Part shown: piece by piece, positions 23,236-33,602 of the stretch
Numbering within the stretch: the first letter of the stretch is position 1
Layout: each line of letters opens with the position of its first letter
Source of the DNA: an uncultured Verrucomicrobiae bacterium
GTDB lineage: Bacteria > Verrucomicrobiota > Verrucomicrobiia > Palsa-1439
Direction: 5' to 3'
Length of the DNA stretch: 64,000 nt
NCBI GenBank assembly: GCA_963812605.1
Contig: CAWEWF010000014.1
Span: 704,001 to 768,000 of the forward strand
Notes under the pieces: model-generated
The model's input: the letters and a program-made list of their open reading frames with translations, nothing else
What the model was told of the DNA's origin: nothing
The model's database searches: none
Position numbers and translations under genes: made by a program

Positions 23236-23811
23236 CTACTCCGTTTTCGGCAGGTATGAAATATACCCGGCTGCCAATGTGATGCTGTAAAACTCGCCTT
23301 GTTTGAAGTTGAATCCCAATACAAGTTCGTCGTACTTGTAAAATACTGCGTGGTCTTCGATCTCATCTATGTCGATATCTTTTCGTGCGTAGGGTTCGCC
23401 TTGAATCTTCACAATCTGCCTCAGAGAGACTCCCGCCCTAATGCCGGTGTCCGTTGAGGCGTTAGCTGGCTTGAATATTCCGTGGTACGTCAAGTAGAAG
23501 GTGAAGCATTTAATTTTGCCGTCTGGGTCAACGATAACCTCTAAGCCGTCTGTCGTGTAATCCAGCACAGTGCAATTAGCAAGATAACCACCGGTTCCTA
23601 TGTTGGATCGTTCTTCTGGCGGCCCAAACTGCCTCTCAAAGTCAGAACCTTTCATGCCGAGCGTATAGAGCTTATCCCCCTCCTTGAAACCGAGTTGCCC
23701 GTGCGTGACCACAACAAGGGCCGGTGCTCCCTGAGCGCAGGCCACAAATAACGACCCAGGATATTCAATCAAGAAGCAGATCGTGAATAAGCTGAGTATT
23801 ATCTTTCTCAT
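23236..23811 (-). CDS. Hypothetical secreted protein
   Basis: MRKIILSLF signal-like start; abuts the next gene. Confidence 0.6.
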   Translation of the reverse strand: MRKIILSLFTICFLIEYPGSLFVACAQGAPALVVVTHGQLGFKEGDKLYTLGMKGSDFERQFGPPEERSNIGTGGYLANCTVLDYTTDGLEVIVDPDGKIKCFTFYLTYHGIFKPANASTDTGIRAGVSLRQIVKIQGEPYARKDIDIDEIEDHAVFYKYDELVLGFNFKQGEFYSITLAAGYISYLPKTE

Positions 23812-24086
23812 CAGCCGACATTTCCCATGTGACCTATGCCTCGCACCCATTGGAGGTCATTCAGTCTCGTTAATCAACATCGTATCATCCCTGCAAGTGC
23901 CTTCAAGCCTTTCCTGCCACTCCAAGACCGGATTCCTGACTCCGGGGAAGATGGTTTCTGCCGTCGATGCCGTTCAGCAGGAGAAAGAGGTCAGGTTTCA
24001 TCGTCAGACAATTCGTCTGACTCGGCAGGGGGACTGCTCGCGCTCGCCTAGGCGCGGCATCAGCACCACCCGCCCTCTGTCCGCAT

Positions 24087-24299
24087 CTACGCCACGCTGG
24101 CGCGGGCATCGCGGCAGGCATCCTTCATGGACACCAAGGCGCCGGTGGTTACCCGGTCCAGCGATTTGCCGCTTTGCAGGTTGCGTTGGGCCAGTTTCTC
24201 GATCTCGAGGATGTGATCGATGAGGAAGCCGCCGCCGGTGGTCGTGAAACGGAAACCTGTTTCGGTTGCTACTGCAGTGGCGTTGGATTCTTGGGTCAT
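24087..24299 (-). CDS. Small hypothetical protein
   Basis: AAGGA RBS before MTQESNAT. Confidence 0.5.
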   Translation of the reverse strand: MTQESNATAVATETGFRFTTTGGGFLIDHILEIEKLAQRNLQSGKSLDRVTTGALVSMKDACRDARASVA

Positions 24300-24327
24300 T
24301 CGGTTCCTTTCGATCAAACGGTAAATG

Positions 24328-24711
24328 TTAGCGTTTGCCCGCCTGGTCAACCACGACGCGACGCTCGGTGGTTTCATCCACCATCCGCATGATGTCACCC
24401 CACTGCCCCGGCGATGGCACGGATGCCGCCGTGTAACCATTGAAGGCATCGAGCAGGTTGTGGACGGCGTTCAACATCAAACCGGTATTCGTGATCTGCA
24501 TGGAGGACGCGTCCTCGCCGTCGCGCCTGACTTCGCATAACGGCCAGTCACACGTTTTAACCATGTTCTTGATGACGGTCAGGACCTCGCTCCACTCGCT
24601 CTTGGAGGGCGTGTGCCACGATTGGAATGCCTCGCAATCCAATAATCCACAGGCGAGGGCATACTTCTCGTTGAGGAACTGATTAAATTCCACTCCGCCG
24701 ATCTGGCTCAT
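24328..24711 (-). CDS. Hypothetical protein
   Basis: AAGGAG RBS, ~127-aa ORF. Confidence 0.55.
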   Translation of the reverse strand: MSQIGGVEFNQFLNEKYALACGLLDCEAFQSWHTPSKSEWSEVLTVIKNMVKTCDWPLCEVRRDGEDASSMQITNTGLMLNAVHNLLDAFNGYTAASVPSPGQWGDIMRMVDETTERRVVVDQAGKR

Positions 24712-25558
24712 CGTCACAAAAATCTCCTTTGGCAGCGATATTTGTTGTAGCGCCGTGCTGCCTGCTGCGCCGCGACAATTCAGGATCTGGCCGGAGAGAA
24801 GCAGTTCGCTGAGGCCAACTGAAGCTTACACTGGATTGGGGAATAACCTAATTGTTTCGCGAGAAATCGCTACTGCTCGTCCGGTGCCAGCAGCCGCGAT
24901 TGGGGACTGCGGTCAGCGCCCGCGGCTACAGCGGCACGGCGGGAGGCGAAACCGCGAGGCCATCGCCATGCTATCGTTTTTCGATATTGACTTGTGGGGA
25001 TGTTGTTGTACGATTCGATCATGCACAGGAAGCAGACTTGGCCTACGGCGACCGTGAGCGGTCGTTGCTCTGAAGTACTGTCCCGTAGAACATCCAAGGG
25101 GCAGACCCCCTATATGCTTTCTGCGAAACGAACCCACCGTTTTTGGATGACATTTTTTGTGGAACATTCTTTGTATGTGAGAGTTGCGTTGGAAATGCTT
25201 GAAGAACTTCGGTGGGTTCGTTTTGGAAAACGAACCCACTTTTGGGGGGGTAAAACGGGAGATCGAAGGCGTTTTTAACCCGGTTTGGAGGGTTTTGGGG
25301 TGAAAGATCGACCATTGGTGAAGCGAATGCGCTCAAACGGCGGCAAGCGGGCCGCTTGCCCTACAAGGGAGACCTTGCGGTCTTACGAAGTGAGCGGTCG
25401 GGAGACCCGCGCACAACGGAGGCAGAATAAACGGGCGGGACGCCCGTTCCACTACGGAGAGGCACAACGAGTCGGCAACAGTTATTAGGACGGTTCCCTA
25501 TCAAGGGGATACCGTTGAACGCTTGACTCTCTGGCTGGTGGCGATATAGTGAAGTTGG

Positions 25559-25582
25559 AATCGGACAAAAATTGTCGCATTT
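25559..25582. promoter_or_regulatory. Possible Rrf2/SufR-type operator upstream of suf
   Basis: GACAA-AAA-TTGTC dyad about 45 nt before sufC. Confidence 0.4.
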
Positions 25583-25619
25583 GAAATGTGGGGTCCGATG
25601 GCATCGAGGAAGACAGACC

Positions 25620-26390
25620 ATGGCTGATACGTTTGAAATTCAAGACTTACACGTCAACATCGAGGAGAAGGAGATTCTCAAGGGTGTGGATCTCGTGGTT
25701 CGCAAGGGCGAAGTGCATGCGTTGATGGGGCCGAACGGCTCGGGCAAGAGCACGCTGGCCAACGCGATCCTGGGCCATCCGAAGTACACGGTGACCAGTG
25801 GCAAGATCCTGATGAAGGGCGAGAACATCCTGGAGATGGAAACCGACGAACGCGCCCGCAAGGGCCTGTTCCTCGCCTTCCAGTACCCGTGCGAGGTGCC
25901 GGGCGTCCGCCAGTCCAATTTCCTGCGCCTGGCTTGCAGCGCGCGCGCGGGCCGCGACCTGGATGTCATGGATTTCTACAAGAAGCTCGAAGACAAGATG
26001 AAGGTGCTCGACATCGATGAGAAGTTCCTGAAGCGCTACCTCAACGAGGGGTTCTCGGGCGGCGAGAAGAAGCGTAACGAGATTTTGCAGATGATGATGC
26101 TCGAACCCGAGTTCGCCGTCATGGACGAGACGGATTCGGGCCTGGACATCGACGCGCTGAAAGTTGTGTCGCGCGGCGTGAATGAGTTGCGCGGCCCGAA
26201 CCTCGGCATCCTGATCATCACCCATTACGAGCGGATCCTGCGCTACATCAATCCCGATTTCGTGCACATCCTGGTCGACGGCAAGATCGTGAAGTCGGGC
26301 GGTCCCGATCTCGCCGCGCACCTCGAAGAGCACGGCTACGATTGGATCATCAAGGACGCGGAGACCGCCGCCGCGCCGGTGAAAGGTTAA
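25620..26390 (+). CDS. sufC: Fe-S assembly ATPase SufC
   Basis: MGPNGSGKSTL, NEGFSGGEKKRNEI, DETDSGLDIDAL. Confidence 0.97.
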   Translation: MADTFEIQDLHVNIEEKEILKGVDLVVRKGEVHALMGPNGSGKSTLANAILGHPKYTVTSGKILMKGENILEMETDERARKGLFLAFQYPCEVPGVRQSNFLRLACSARAGRDLDVMDFYKKLEDKMKVLDIDEKFLKRYLNEGFSGGEKKRNEILQMMMLEPEFAVMDETDSGLDIDALKVVSRGVNELRGPNLGILIITHYERILRYINPDFVHILVDGKIVKSGGPDLAAHLEEHGYDWIIKDAETAAAPVKG

Positions 26391-26394
26391 GACG

Positions 26395-27801
26395 ATGAGC
26401 ACTTCTACCGAACAAGTTTTGCCGGGAGCCTACAAGGAAGGTTTCCACGACGAGAACATCAAGGCCCTGCACAAGGTCCCGAAGGGCCCGACGCATGAAG
26501 TCATCGATTACATGTGCGACACGAAGGGCGAACCGGACTGGATGCGCCAGTTCCGCCATCGCAGCCTTGATTTGTTCTTTAAAGCGACCATCCCGGAGTG
26601 GATGCCCGGCTTGCGCGACATCGACTACGACGCGATCACCTATTACGCCAGCCCGATCGAGAAATCGGCGCGGCGCTGGGAGGATGTGCCGGAGGAAATT
26701 CGCCGCACGTACGACAAGCTGGGCATTGCCAAGGAAGAGCAGAAGCTTCTCGGCGGTCTCGGCGCGCAGATCGACAGCGAGATGGCGTATCACAACATCC
26801 AGGAGACGCTTTCCAAGCGGGGCGTGGTCTTCCTGAGTTGCGACGACGGCATGAAGGAGTATCCCGAGATTTTCAAGGAGCACTTCGCGAAATCGATCCC
26901 GCCCGAGGACAACAAGTTTGCGGCGCTCAACTCGGCGTTCTGGAGTGGCGGCTCGTTTGTGTACGTTCCCAAGGGCGTGAAGTGCGACGTCCCGTTGTCC
27001 GTGTACTTCCGCATCAACGCCGAGCAGTTCGGGCAATTCGAGCGCACGCTGATCATCTGCGAGGACGACAGCTTCTGCCATTATGTGGAAGGCTGCAGTG
27101 CGCCGGTGTACACGACCAATTCGTTGCACTCCGCGGTGGTCGAGATTTTCGTCAAGGACCGCGCGCGGTGCCGTTACACGACGATCCAGAACTGGTCGAC
27201 GGATGTTTACAACCTCGTGACCAAGCGCGCGTTTCTCTACAAGAAGGCCGTGATGGAATGGGTGGACGGCAATCTCGGCTCGAAGCGCACCGTGAAATAC
27301 CCGTCGTGCTACATGGTCGGCGAAGGCGCGCACGGCGAAATTCTGAGCCTCGCCAGTTCCGACAAGGGAATGTGGCAGGATGCGGGCGCGAAGCTGGTCT
27401 TTTTTGCGCCGAACTGCACGGGTCGCATCAACTCGAAATCGATCAGCGGCCACGGCGGGCGCGCCTCGTACCGCGGTTTGGTACAGGTCAACGAAGCGGC
27501 CAAGAACTGCCGGGTGCAGGTCAATTGCGACGCGCTGATTCTCGACGAGATCAGCCGTTCCGATACGTATCCCGTGATGGAAATCGACGGCGACCTCGCG
27601 ACGATCGAGCACGAGGCAAGCGTTTCCAATGTTTCCGAGGAACAGCTCTTTTACCTGCAGAGCCGCGGCATCAAGAAAGAGGACGCGGTCGCGATGATCG
27701 TCAACGGATTCATTGAGCCGATCGTCAAGGAGTTGCCGATGGAATTCGCCGTCGAGATCAACCGGCTCATCAACTTGCAGATGGAAGGTTCCGTCGGGTA
27801 A
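26395..27801 (+). CDS. sufB: Fe-S assembly protein SufB
   Basis: GQFERTLII, YVEGCSAP, SLHSAVVE, C-terminal MEGSVG. Confidence 0.97.
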   Translation: MSTSTEQVLPGAYKEGFHDENIKALHKVPKGPTHEVIDYMCDTKGEPDWMRQFRHRSLDLFFKATIPEWMPGLRDIDYDAITYYASPIEKSARRWEDVPEEIRRTYDKLGIAKEEQKLLGGLGAQIDSEMAYHNIQETLSKRGVVFLSCDDGMKEYPEIFKEHFAKSIPPEDNKFAALNSAFWSGGSFVYVPKGVKCDVPLSVYFRINAEQFGQFERTLIICEDDSFCHYVEGCSAPVYTTNSLHSAVVEIFVKDRARCRYTTIQNWSTDVYNLVTKRAFLYKKAVMEWVDGNLGSKRTVKYPSCYMVGEGAHGEILSLASSDKGMWQDAGAKLVFFAPNCTGRINSKSISGHGGRASYRGLVQVNEAAKNCRVQVNCDALILDEISRSDTYPVMEIDGDLATIEHEASVSNVSEEQLFYLQSRGIKKEDAVAMIVNGFIEPIVKELPMEFAVEINRLINLQMEGSVG

Positions 27802-27845
27802 CACTGAATCGGTCCTCGGCGCTCATAGAGCGCCGCTACAGCGCC

Positions 27846-29084
27846 ATGACAACCGGATTCTCTCAGCAGACCCTCGAAGCCGTCGCCTCGGGCGAGCCCG
27901 GCTGGCTCACGTCCCAGCGGCGGACCGCGTGGCAGACATTTGAAAAGCTCCCGCTGCCGACCCGGCGGGACTTACAGTGGCAGCGCTTCGATATTCGCGG
28001 CCTCAAACTCGATAAAGTATCTCTGTCGCTCGAAAAGCCGGCCATCGTCGAACGGCTCACTCCCCTGCCCGCCGAATTGAGCAAGCAGGGTGTTATTTTT
28101 TGCGACATGGCCACCGCGCTCGCCAAACACGGCGACGTGCTGAAGGATTACCTCGGCAAGAGCATCGCACCTGACGAGCCGTCAAAATTCCAGGCCCTGC
28201 ACGCGGCGCTTTGGAAAAGTGGCGCGTTTCTTTATGTACCGCGCAACATTCGCTGCGAGCTACCGTTGGAAGTCGTGTACGAAATGGTCGGCCAGAACAC
28301 GGCGGGTTTCCCGCACACGCTGGTCGTTGTCGAACCCGGCGCGGAGGCCACGCTCGTGCAGAAGTTCATCGGCGGCCCAGCGGTGGGCACCAATGGCGCG
28401 CCCAGTATTCATGCAAGCGGCACGGAAGTCTTCGTGAAAGAAGGCGGTCATCTGCACTACATCAGCGAGCAGAATTTCTCGCCGAATGTTTACGATTTCA
28501 CGGCAAAGCGCGCGCATGTCGCCCGCGACGCGGAGATTGACTGGGTGCTCGGCATGTTCGGCGCGTCGTTCCAGCGTTACGATGTCGAATGCATCATGGA
28601 AGGCGAAGGCGGCATGAGTTTCATGTATGCCGTGGGCGTGCTCGACCAGCACCAGCAGTTCGGGCAATTCACGAAGCAGCATCACCGGACGGGCAATACG
28701 ACCAGCGACCTGATGTTCAAGAACGTGCTGCGTGATTCCGCTGTCAGCAATTACACGGGCGTGATCAAGGTGGAGAAGAACGCCAATGGCACCAACGCTT
28801 ACCAAGCCAATCGCAACCTGGTGCTCAGCAAGGAAGTTCGCTGCGACACGCGCCCGATTCTTGAGATTGAATCGAACCAGTTGCGTTGCACGCATGGGGC
28901 AACGGTCGGCCAATTGGAAGAGGACCAGCTTTTTTACCTGCGCAGTCGCGGGCTGACGCCGGAACTGGCGCGCGATGTTTTGATCGAGGCGTTTCTCGAT
29001 CCGGTGTTGGCGCGTATCCAGGTGGAAGCAGTGCAAAAGGAATTTGCCAAACTGGTGCACGACAAGGTGGTACGCAAACAATGA
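27846..29084 (+). CDS. sufD: Fe-S assembly protein SufD
   Basis: PILEIE...CTHGATVGQL..QLFYLRSRG. Confidence 0.95.
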   Translation: MTTGFSQQTLEAVASGEPGWLTSQRRTAWQTFEKLPLPTRRDLQWQRFDIRGLKLDKVSLSLEKPAIVERLTPLPAELSKQGVIFCDMATALAKHGDVLKDYLGKSIAPDEPSKFQALHAALWKSGAFLYVPRNIRCELPLEVVYEMVGQNTAGFPHTLVVVEPGAEATLVQKFIGGPAVGTNGAPSIHASGTEVFVKEGGHLHYISEQNFSPNVYDFTAKRAHVARDAEIDWVLGMFGASFQRYDVECIMEGEGGMSFMYAVGVLDQHQQFGQFTKQHHRTGNTTSDLMFKNVLRDSAVSNYTGVIKVEKNANGTNAYQANRNLVLSKEVRCDTRPILEIESNQLRCTHGATVGQLEEDQLFYLRSRGLTPELARDVLIEAFLDPVLARIQVEAVQKEFAKLVHDKVVRKQ

Positions 29085-30352
29085 TTGAAGTCCTCGATGA
29101 GGTGGAGTTGGAGGAGATCCGCGACGACTTTCCGGTGTTGCAGCAGAAAGTCCACGGCAAACCGCTGGTTTATTTCGACAATGCCGCCACTTCGCAGAAG
29201 CCGCGCGTCGTCATCGAGGCGCTGAACGACTACTACGAGCGTTACAACGCGAATGTCCATCGCGGCATCCACGCGCTGGCGGAGCGGGCCACCCGGGAAT
29301 ACGAGCGCGCCCGCGAGAAGATCACCAAATTTATCAACGCGCCCTCGCCGGAGTCCGTAATTTTCACGCGCGGCACGACCGAGGCGATCAACCTCGTCGC
29401 CTATTCCTGGGCGCAGGCCAATCTCAAGAAGGGCGACGAAATCCTGCTGACATTTATGGAGCACCACAGCAACACGGTGCCATGGTACCAGGTGTGCGAG
29501 CGCACCGGCGCGGTGATCAAGCGCATTGAGTTGAATCCCGACGGCACGCTGCGATTGGACGATCTTGACCAACTTATCACCGAGCGCACGAAACTTGTCG
29601 CCGTCACGCAACAATCCAATGTTCTCGGCACGATCAACCCGGTCCGCCTGATAGCGGATGCGGCGCACAAGAAAGGCGCGGTGATTCTCGTCGATGGCGC
29701 GCAGAGCGTGCCGCACATGCCGGTGGATGTGCAGGCGCTTGACTGCGATTTCTTTGTGTTCAGCGGCCACAAGATGTGCGGTCCAACGGCCAGCGGCGTC
29801 CTATATGGCCGGCGGGCGATTCTCGAAGCCATGCCGCCGTTCATGGGCGGCGGCGAGATGATCAAGGAAGTGTGGTTCGACCACGTGAAGTACAACGACC
29901 TGCCTTATAAATTTGAGGCGGGCACGCCGAACATCGCCGAGTCCATCGGCCTCGGGGTCGCTGTGGATTATCTCACGCGCATCGGCATGGAAAAAATTCG
30001 GCAACATGAAAAGGAAATCACGCAGTACGGTCTCGATTGCCTGAAGGACTTTCCCGAGATTACCGTCTATGGCCCTGAGGACGTCGAGAAGCGCGGCGGC
30101 CTGGTTACTTTTACGTTGGGCGATGTGCATCCGCACGACATTGCCACCTTTGCCGACCAGGACGGCATAGCGATCCGCGCGGGTCATCATTGCGCCATGC
30201 CGTTGCACAAGAAGCTGGGCCTTGCCGCGACGGCGCGCGCCAGTTTTTATCTTTATAATACCCGCGACGAAGTGGATGTGTTTATTGCCATGCTCCACAA
30301 GGCCAAGAAGTTTTTTGGCGCCTGCCCCACTGGTCGCGCGATGGGCTACTAG
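29081..30352 (+). CDS. sufS: Cysteine desulfurase SufS
   Basis: YFDNAATSQKP, FSGHKM, IRAGHHCAMP. Confidence 0.96.
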   Translation: MIEVLDEVELEEIRDDFPVLQQKVHGKPLVYFDNAATSQKPRVVIEALNDYYERYNANVHRGIHALAERATREYERAREKITKFINAPSPESVIFTRGTTEAINLVAYSWAQANLKKGDEILLTFMEHHSNTVPWYQVCERTGAVIKRIELNPDGTLRLDDLDQLITERTKLVAVTQQSNVLGTINPVRLIADAAHKKGAVILVDGAQSVPHMPVDVQALDCDFFVFSGHKMCGPTASGVLYGRRAILEAMPPFMGGGEMIKEVWFDHVKYNDLPYKFEAGTPNIAESIGLGVAVDYLTRIGMEKIRQHEKEITQYGLDCLKDFPEITVYGPEDVEKRGGLVTFTLGDVHPHDIATFADQDGIAIRAGHHCAMPLHKKLGLAATARASFYLYNTRDEVDVFIAMLHKAKKFFGACPTGRAMGY

Positions 30353-30437
30353 CTCCGCACGGCGTCTGGTGTGACCAGTTTGGCGGTTTCAAATTGACCC
30401 ACTGCCGTGCCCGCACTAGTCTGACTTCGGAGGCACT

Positions 30438-30896
30438 ATGCAGGCATTATCGGTTGCGCAACTCATTCCGGTTCTTCAAACCGCCATTGGTCCCACGATT
30501 TTGATTTCGGGCGTGGGGTTGCTCCTGCTGACCATGACCAATCGGCTGGCGCGGACCATTGACCGCGCGAGAATCGTTGCCCGCGACCTTCCGGATGCGA
30601 ACGCGGCGGATCACACGAAGCATGCCGCGCAGCTTCGGGTTCTCTGGAAGCGCGCGCGCCTGATCCGTCTGTCCATTGCGCTGGCTTCCCTGAGCGCGCT
30701 TTTCGCCGCGATCCTGATCATCGTGCTGTTTGTGACAGCCTTGTTACGGATTGAGAACGTTTGGCTGATCTGCTCGCTGTTCATCATCTGCCTGGTTTGC
30801 CTGATTGGATCGCTCATGGTGTTCATCCACGACATCAATCAGGCCCTGGCGGCGTTGAAACTTGAGCTTGCGGGGAAGGACTTCGGTGGCGCCTGA
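30438..30896 (+). CDS. DUF2721-family membrane protein
   Basis: AIGPTILISGVGLLLLTMTNRLARTIDRAR; GGAGG RBS. Confidence 0.8.
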   Translation: MQALSVAQLIPVLQTAIGPTILISGVGLLLLTMTNRLARTIDRARIVARDLPDANAADHTKHAAQLRVLWKRARLIRLSIALASLSALFAAILIIVLFVTALLRIENVWLICSLFIICLVCLIGSLMVFIHDINQALAALKLELAGKDFGGA

Positions 30897-30959
30897 AAAG
30901 AAAGTAAAATAAATTGAAACGAAAACAGGCTTCGCGCGTCTAAATTTACAGGAGGTCAT

Positions 30960-31130
30960 ATGAAAAACAGTGCCAAGAAGCACATTATGACATTGCAGGA
31001 CGTAATCGGCATCGTGTCGCGGTTTGCTCGCAACGACCATGAGACGAGCGCCGTTGTCGCCGATCTAATCAACCGCGGGTTGGTTCGCGTTCGGACCCGT
31101 GGTTATCCCCGCTGCATAGTCGTGCGGTAA
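30960..31130 (+). CDS. 56-aa small protein not in the ORF track
   Basis: GGAGG RBS; MKNSAKKHIMTLQDVIGIVSRFARNDHETSAVVADLINRGLVRVR... Confidence 0.6.
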   Translation: MKNSAKKHIMTLQDVIGIVSRFARNDHETSAVVADLINRGLVRVRTRGYPRCIVVR

Positions 31131-31466
31131 TCAACGCTGTGTCGCATCAAGACGTGCGCGCAAGTTCGCGAGGAAAGCCTCGCGATCTTGGGGCGCGATT
31201 GTGAAGTTCCGTACGAAACCGCTCTTGCGGGGTATGGTTACGCGCCGGCACACAAACTTCCCCAAAGTATTGGTCCAGTGCTCGTTCCAGAACCGGAATT
31301 CGATATGAACGTCCTCTATGTCTTTGAGGGCCATTTTCCGCAAGGTGAATCCAAACCAAGTCACACGGATGTAGCAGTCATCGATCTCATATTGCATCTG
31401 GTGGATGCCATATAAGATCGTCGACATCAGAAACAGATCCAACACGACAATGCCCACAATCATCAT
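31131..31466 (-). CDS. Hypothetical membrane-associated protein
   Basis: Hydrophobic N-terminus, C-terminal IAPQDREAFL reminiscent of bacterial PH-like domains; start uncertain. Confidence 0.5.
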   Translation of the reverse strand: MMIVGIVVLDLFLMSTILYGIHQMQYEIDDCYIRVTWFGFTLRKMALKDIEDVHIEFRFWNEHWTNTLGKFVCRRVTIPRKSGFVRNFTIAPQDREAFLANLRARLDATQR

Positions 31467-31526
31467 TCGATACCAGCAGGCGTTTTTTCTTCTCGCAATC
31501 GCATCTTGTGGTAGCTTGGTGGCGTC

Positions 31527-31961
31527 ATGATGGAAGAGCTTTACCAGGAAATCATCCTTGATCACTATCGCCGTCCGCGCAACAAAGGCAAGGCGGAGCC
31601 TGCCGACATTTCAGCGCACGACTCCAACCCGCTGTGCGGCGACGAGATCGACGTGACGGCGAAACTGGTAAACGACAGGATTACTGAACTGAAGTTCGAT
31701 GGCAAAGGTTGTGCAATTTGCACGGCTTCCGCGTCGATCATGACCCAGAAGCTTGTCGGGAAAACCCTGGCGGAAGCCAGGCAGTTAATCGAAAGTTTCT
31801 TGAACATGATGCGCGGCGAGACGCCTTTTGGCGGCAAGGACATGGGGGACTTGAAAGCGCTGGAAGGTGTCCTGAAGTTTCCCGTGCGCGTCAAATGCGC
31901 CACGCTGGCATGGAATACCGCCCAGCAGGGTATCCAGGAACGTGCGACGAAAAAGCCCTGA
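31527..31961 (+). CDS. sufU: SufU/IscU scaffold or sulfur-transfer protein
   Basis: LYQEIILDHY, NPLCGD, GCAICTASAS, RVKCATLAW. Confidence 0.95.
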   Translation: MMEELYQEIILDHYRRPRNKGKAEPADISAHDSNPLCGDEIDVTAKLVNDRITELKFDGKGCAICTASASIMTQKLVGKTLAEARQLIESFLNMMRGETPFGGKDMGDLKALEGVLKFPVRVKCATLAWNTAQQGIQERATKKP

Positions 31962-31998
31962 GGCGAGCGGCGGCTCCAGCTCCCACAGCGATACGCTC

Positions 31999-32385
31999 AT
32001 GCCCTATCAATTCGAAAAACACTTCACGCTCGAAGAAGCACGGGCCCTGCTGCCTGAACTCCGCGCCATTTTCCGGGATGCGCACCGTCGCCGCGATGTC
32101 GTACAAACGACGGACAAGGAACTCGGTCGAGACTTGAAGCAATCGGGCGCCGAAGTCGGTGGTGAAAAGGTTTCGGGCCTCCTGATGGACATGCTGCAGC
32201 TCAACCTGCAGTTGCGTCGCATCCAGGAGCTGGGTGTGCAGATCAAGGATTTCGACCGCGGACTCGTTGATTTTCCCCACATCCGCGACGGTCGCGAGGT
32301 GCACCTTTGTTGGGAACTCGAGGAAGACGACATTGAGTTCTGGCACGACATCGATACAGGCTACGCCGCGCGGGAACGACTGTAG
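31999..32385 (+). CDS. DUF2203-family protein
   Basis: FTLEEARALLP, IKDFDRGLVDFP, LCW, WH..GYAARE. Confidence 0.85.
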   Translation: MPYQFEKHFTLEEARALLPELRAIFRDAHRRRDVVQTTDKELGRDLKQSGAEVGGEKVSGLLMDMLQLNLQLRRIQELGVQIKDFDRGLVDFPHIRDGREVHLCWELEEDDIEFWHDIDTGYAARERL

Positions 32386-32415
32386 CCGTCCATCAACTCC
32401 GTCCTTCACGGACCG

Positions 32416-33426
32416 CTAGATCCTGCCTTTGTCAGCTTCCTTCGTCGAAAAGGATTCCGGTTTCCAGTCGCCATTCACGTCACGATGAAAAACATCGCGC
32501 TGCAGAACCTTGGTGCCATCAGGTTGTCGGACTTCGTGTTCGACGACCTTGCGCTGCGGAACGAGAGGCTCCTGAAGCGCGTTCCCGGTTTTCTCCGAAT
32601 AGATCGAACGACCGCTTTCAATCGTTTCCCGGGTCAGGGAACCATTGGGGCCAGTTGTTTCCGTGGTGGTCGTGCGACCGCTCAACTCCCAGCCGGTTCG
32701 ACCGGGAGTGAGTGTGGTACTTTCAATCTGTTTGGTCCCACCCTGCGTAGTAATAGAAGTGGTCTCTTGTGCGGTGACCGCGAGCTTCCCGGTAAGATGA
32801 TCCGTCTCCACGGTTTTAGAAGTGATGATCTTGTCATTCGGCCCGTGGTCGACGGCCACCTCTTCTTTCTGCGTCTTGAGCACCAGGTTGCCGTTGATAT
32901 CCGGAACTCTCTCCTGGCTTGTCGTGGTGGCCGTGCCATTCGCGCCCTTCACCGTGTTCGCGTCCACGACCCGATCCAGGACAAGCTGCCCGCTACTGTT
33001 GCGGGTATACATTTTGGTTTGATCAATGTCCCCCGAGGGTGACTTGGTAACCGTCTCGTCCGTGTGCCGGGAAACGCGATCCTGTCCCTGCCGGTCTTTT
33101 TCGACGACATCGGTAGAACTGACCGACACGTCGGGCGAGAGATCTTTCTTGGTGGCCGTGCTCCGTTGCCACTCAAAGTAACTGCCGTCGTTGAGGCGGG
33201 CCCGCGTGACCGATTCCGTGCGTTGGGTCGTGGGGTCAACTTTCGTTTCCTTGCTCTCTTTGATGAGCGGAACAATATTCCGATCGCCGGTATTGATAGT
33301 GACCTCGGAATGCGTGGCGGAGTTGTCCGCCGATTCGGTGCCGCGGACGATCACCTGCGCGGAAGTCGTGCTGGTGGCCGCGAAAGCAGCTAAACCAAAG
33401 GCTAGAACAATGGTGCGTAGCTTCAT
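32416..33426 (-). CDS. Hypothetical secreted Thr-rich beta-repeat protein
   Basis: Signal peptide; recurring turn motifs (NDG, DRQG, NSSG, DING, DVNG). Confidence 0.7.
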   Translation of the reverse strand: MKLRTIVLAFGLAAFAATSTTSAQVIVRGTESADNSATHSEVTINTGDRNIVPLIKESKETKVDPTTQRTESVTRARLNDGSYFEWQRSTATKKDLSPDVSVSSTDVVEKDRQGQDRVSRHTDETVTKSPSGDIDQTKMYTRNSSGQLVLDRVVDANTVKGANGTATTTSQERVPDINGNLVLKTQKEEVAVDHGPNDKIITSKTVETDHLTGKLAVTAQETTSITTQGGTKQIESTTLTPGRTGWELSGRTTTTETTGPNGSLTRETIESGRSIYSEKTGNALQEPLVPQRKVVEHEVRQPDGTKVLQRDVFHRDVNGDWKPESFSTKEADKGRI

Positions 33427-33602
33427 AATGGTTTCCTATCTAAAGGCAAACTACCTACATTTCCGGGCATTTCGCAAGTGCCAAAGCTAAATGAATCTAC
33501 CGACAAGCCAAGGCTTTTAATGATGAACTGGAGGTCGTGAGTCGCATAGGGCCGATACCCGATAAGATTATACATGCCCGGACTCCCGGCCTCAACATAA
33601 CG

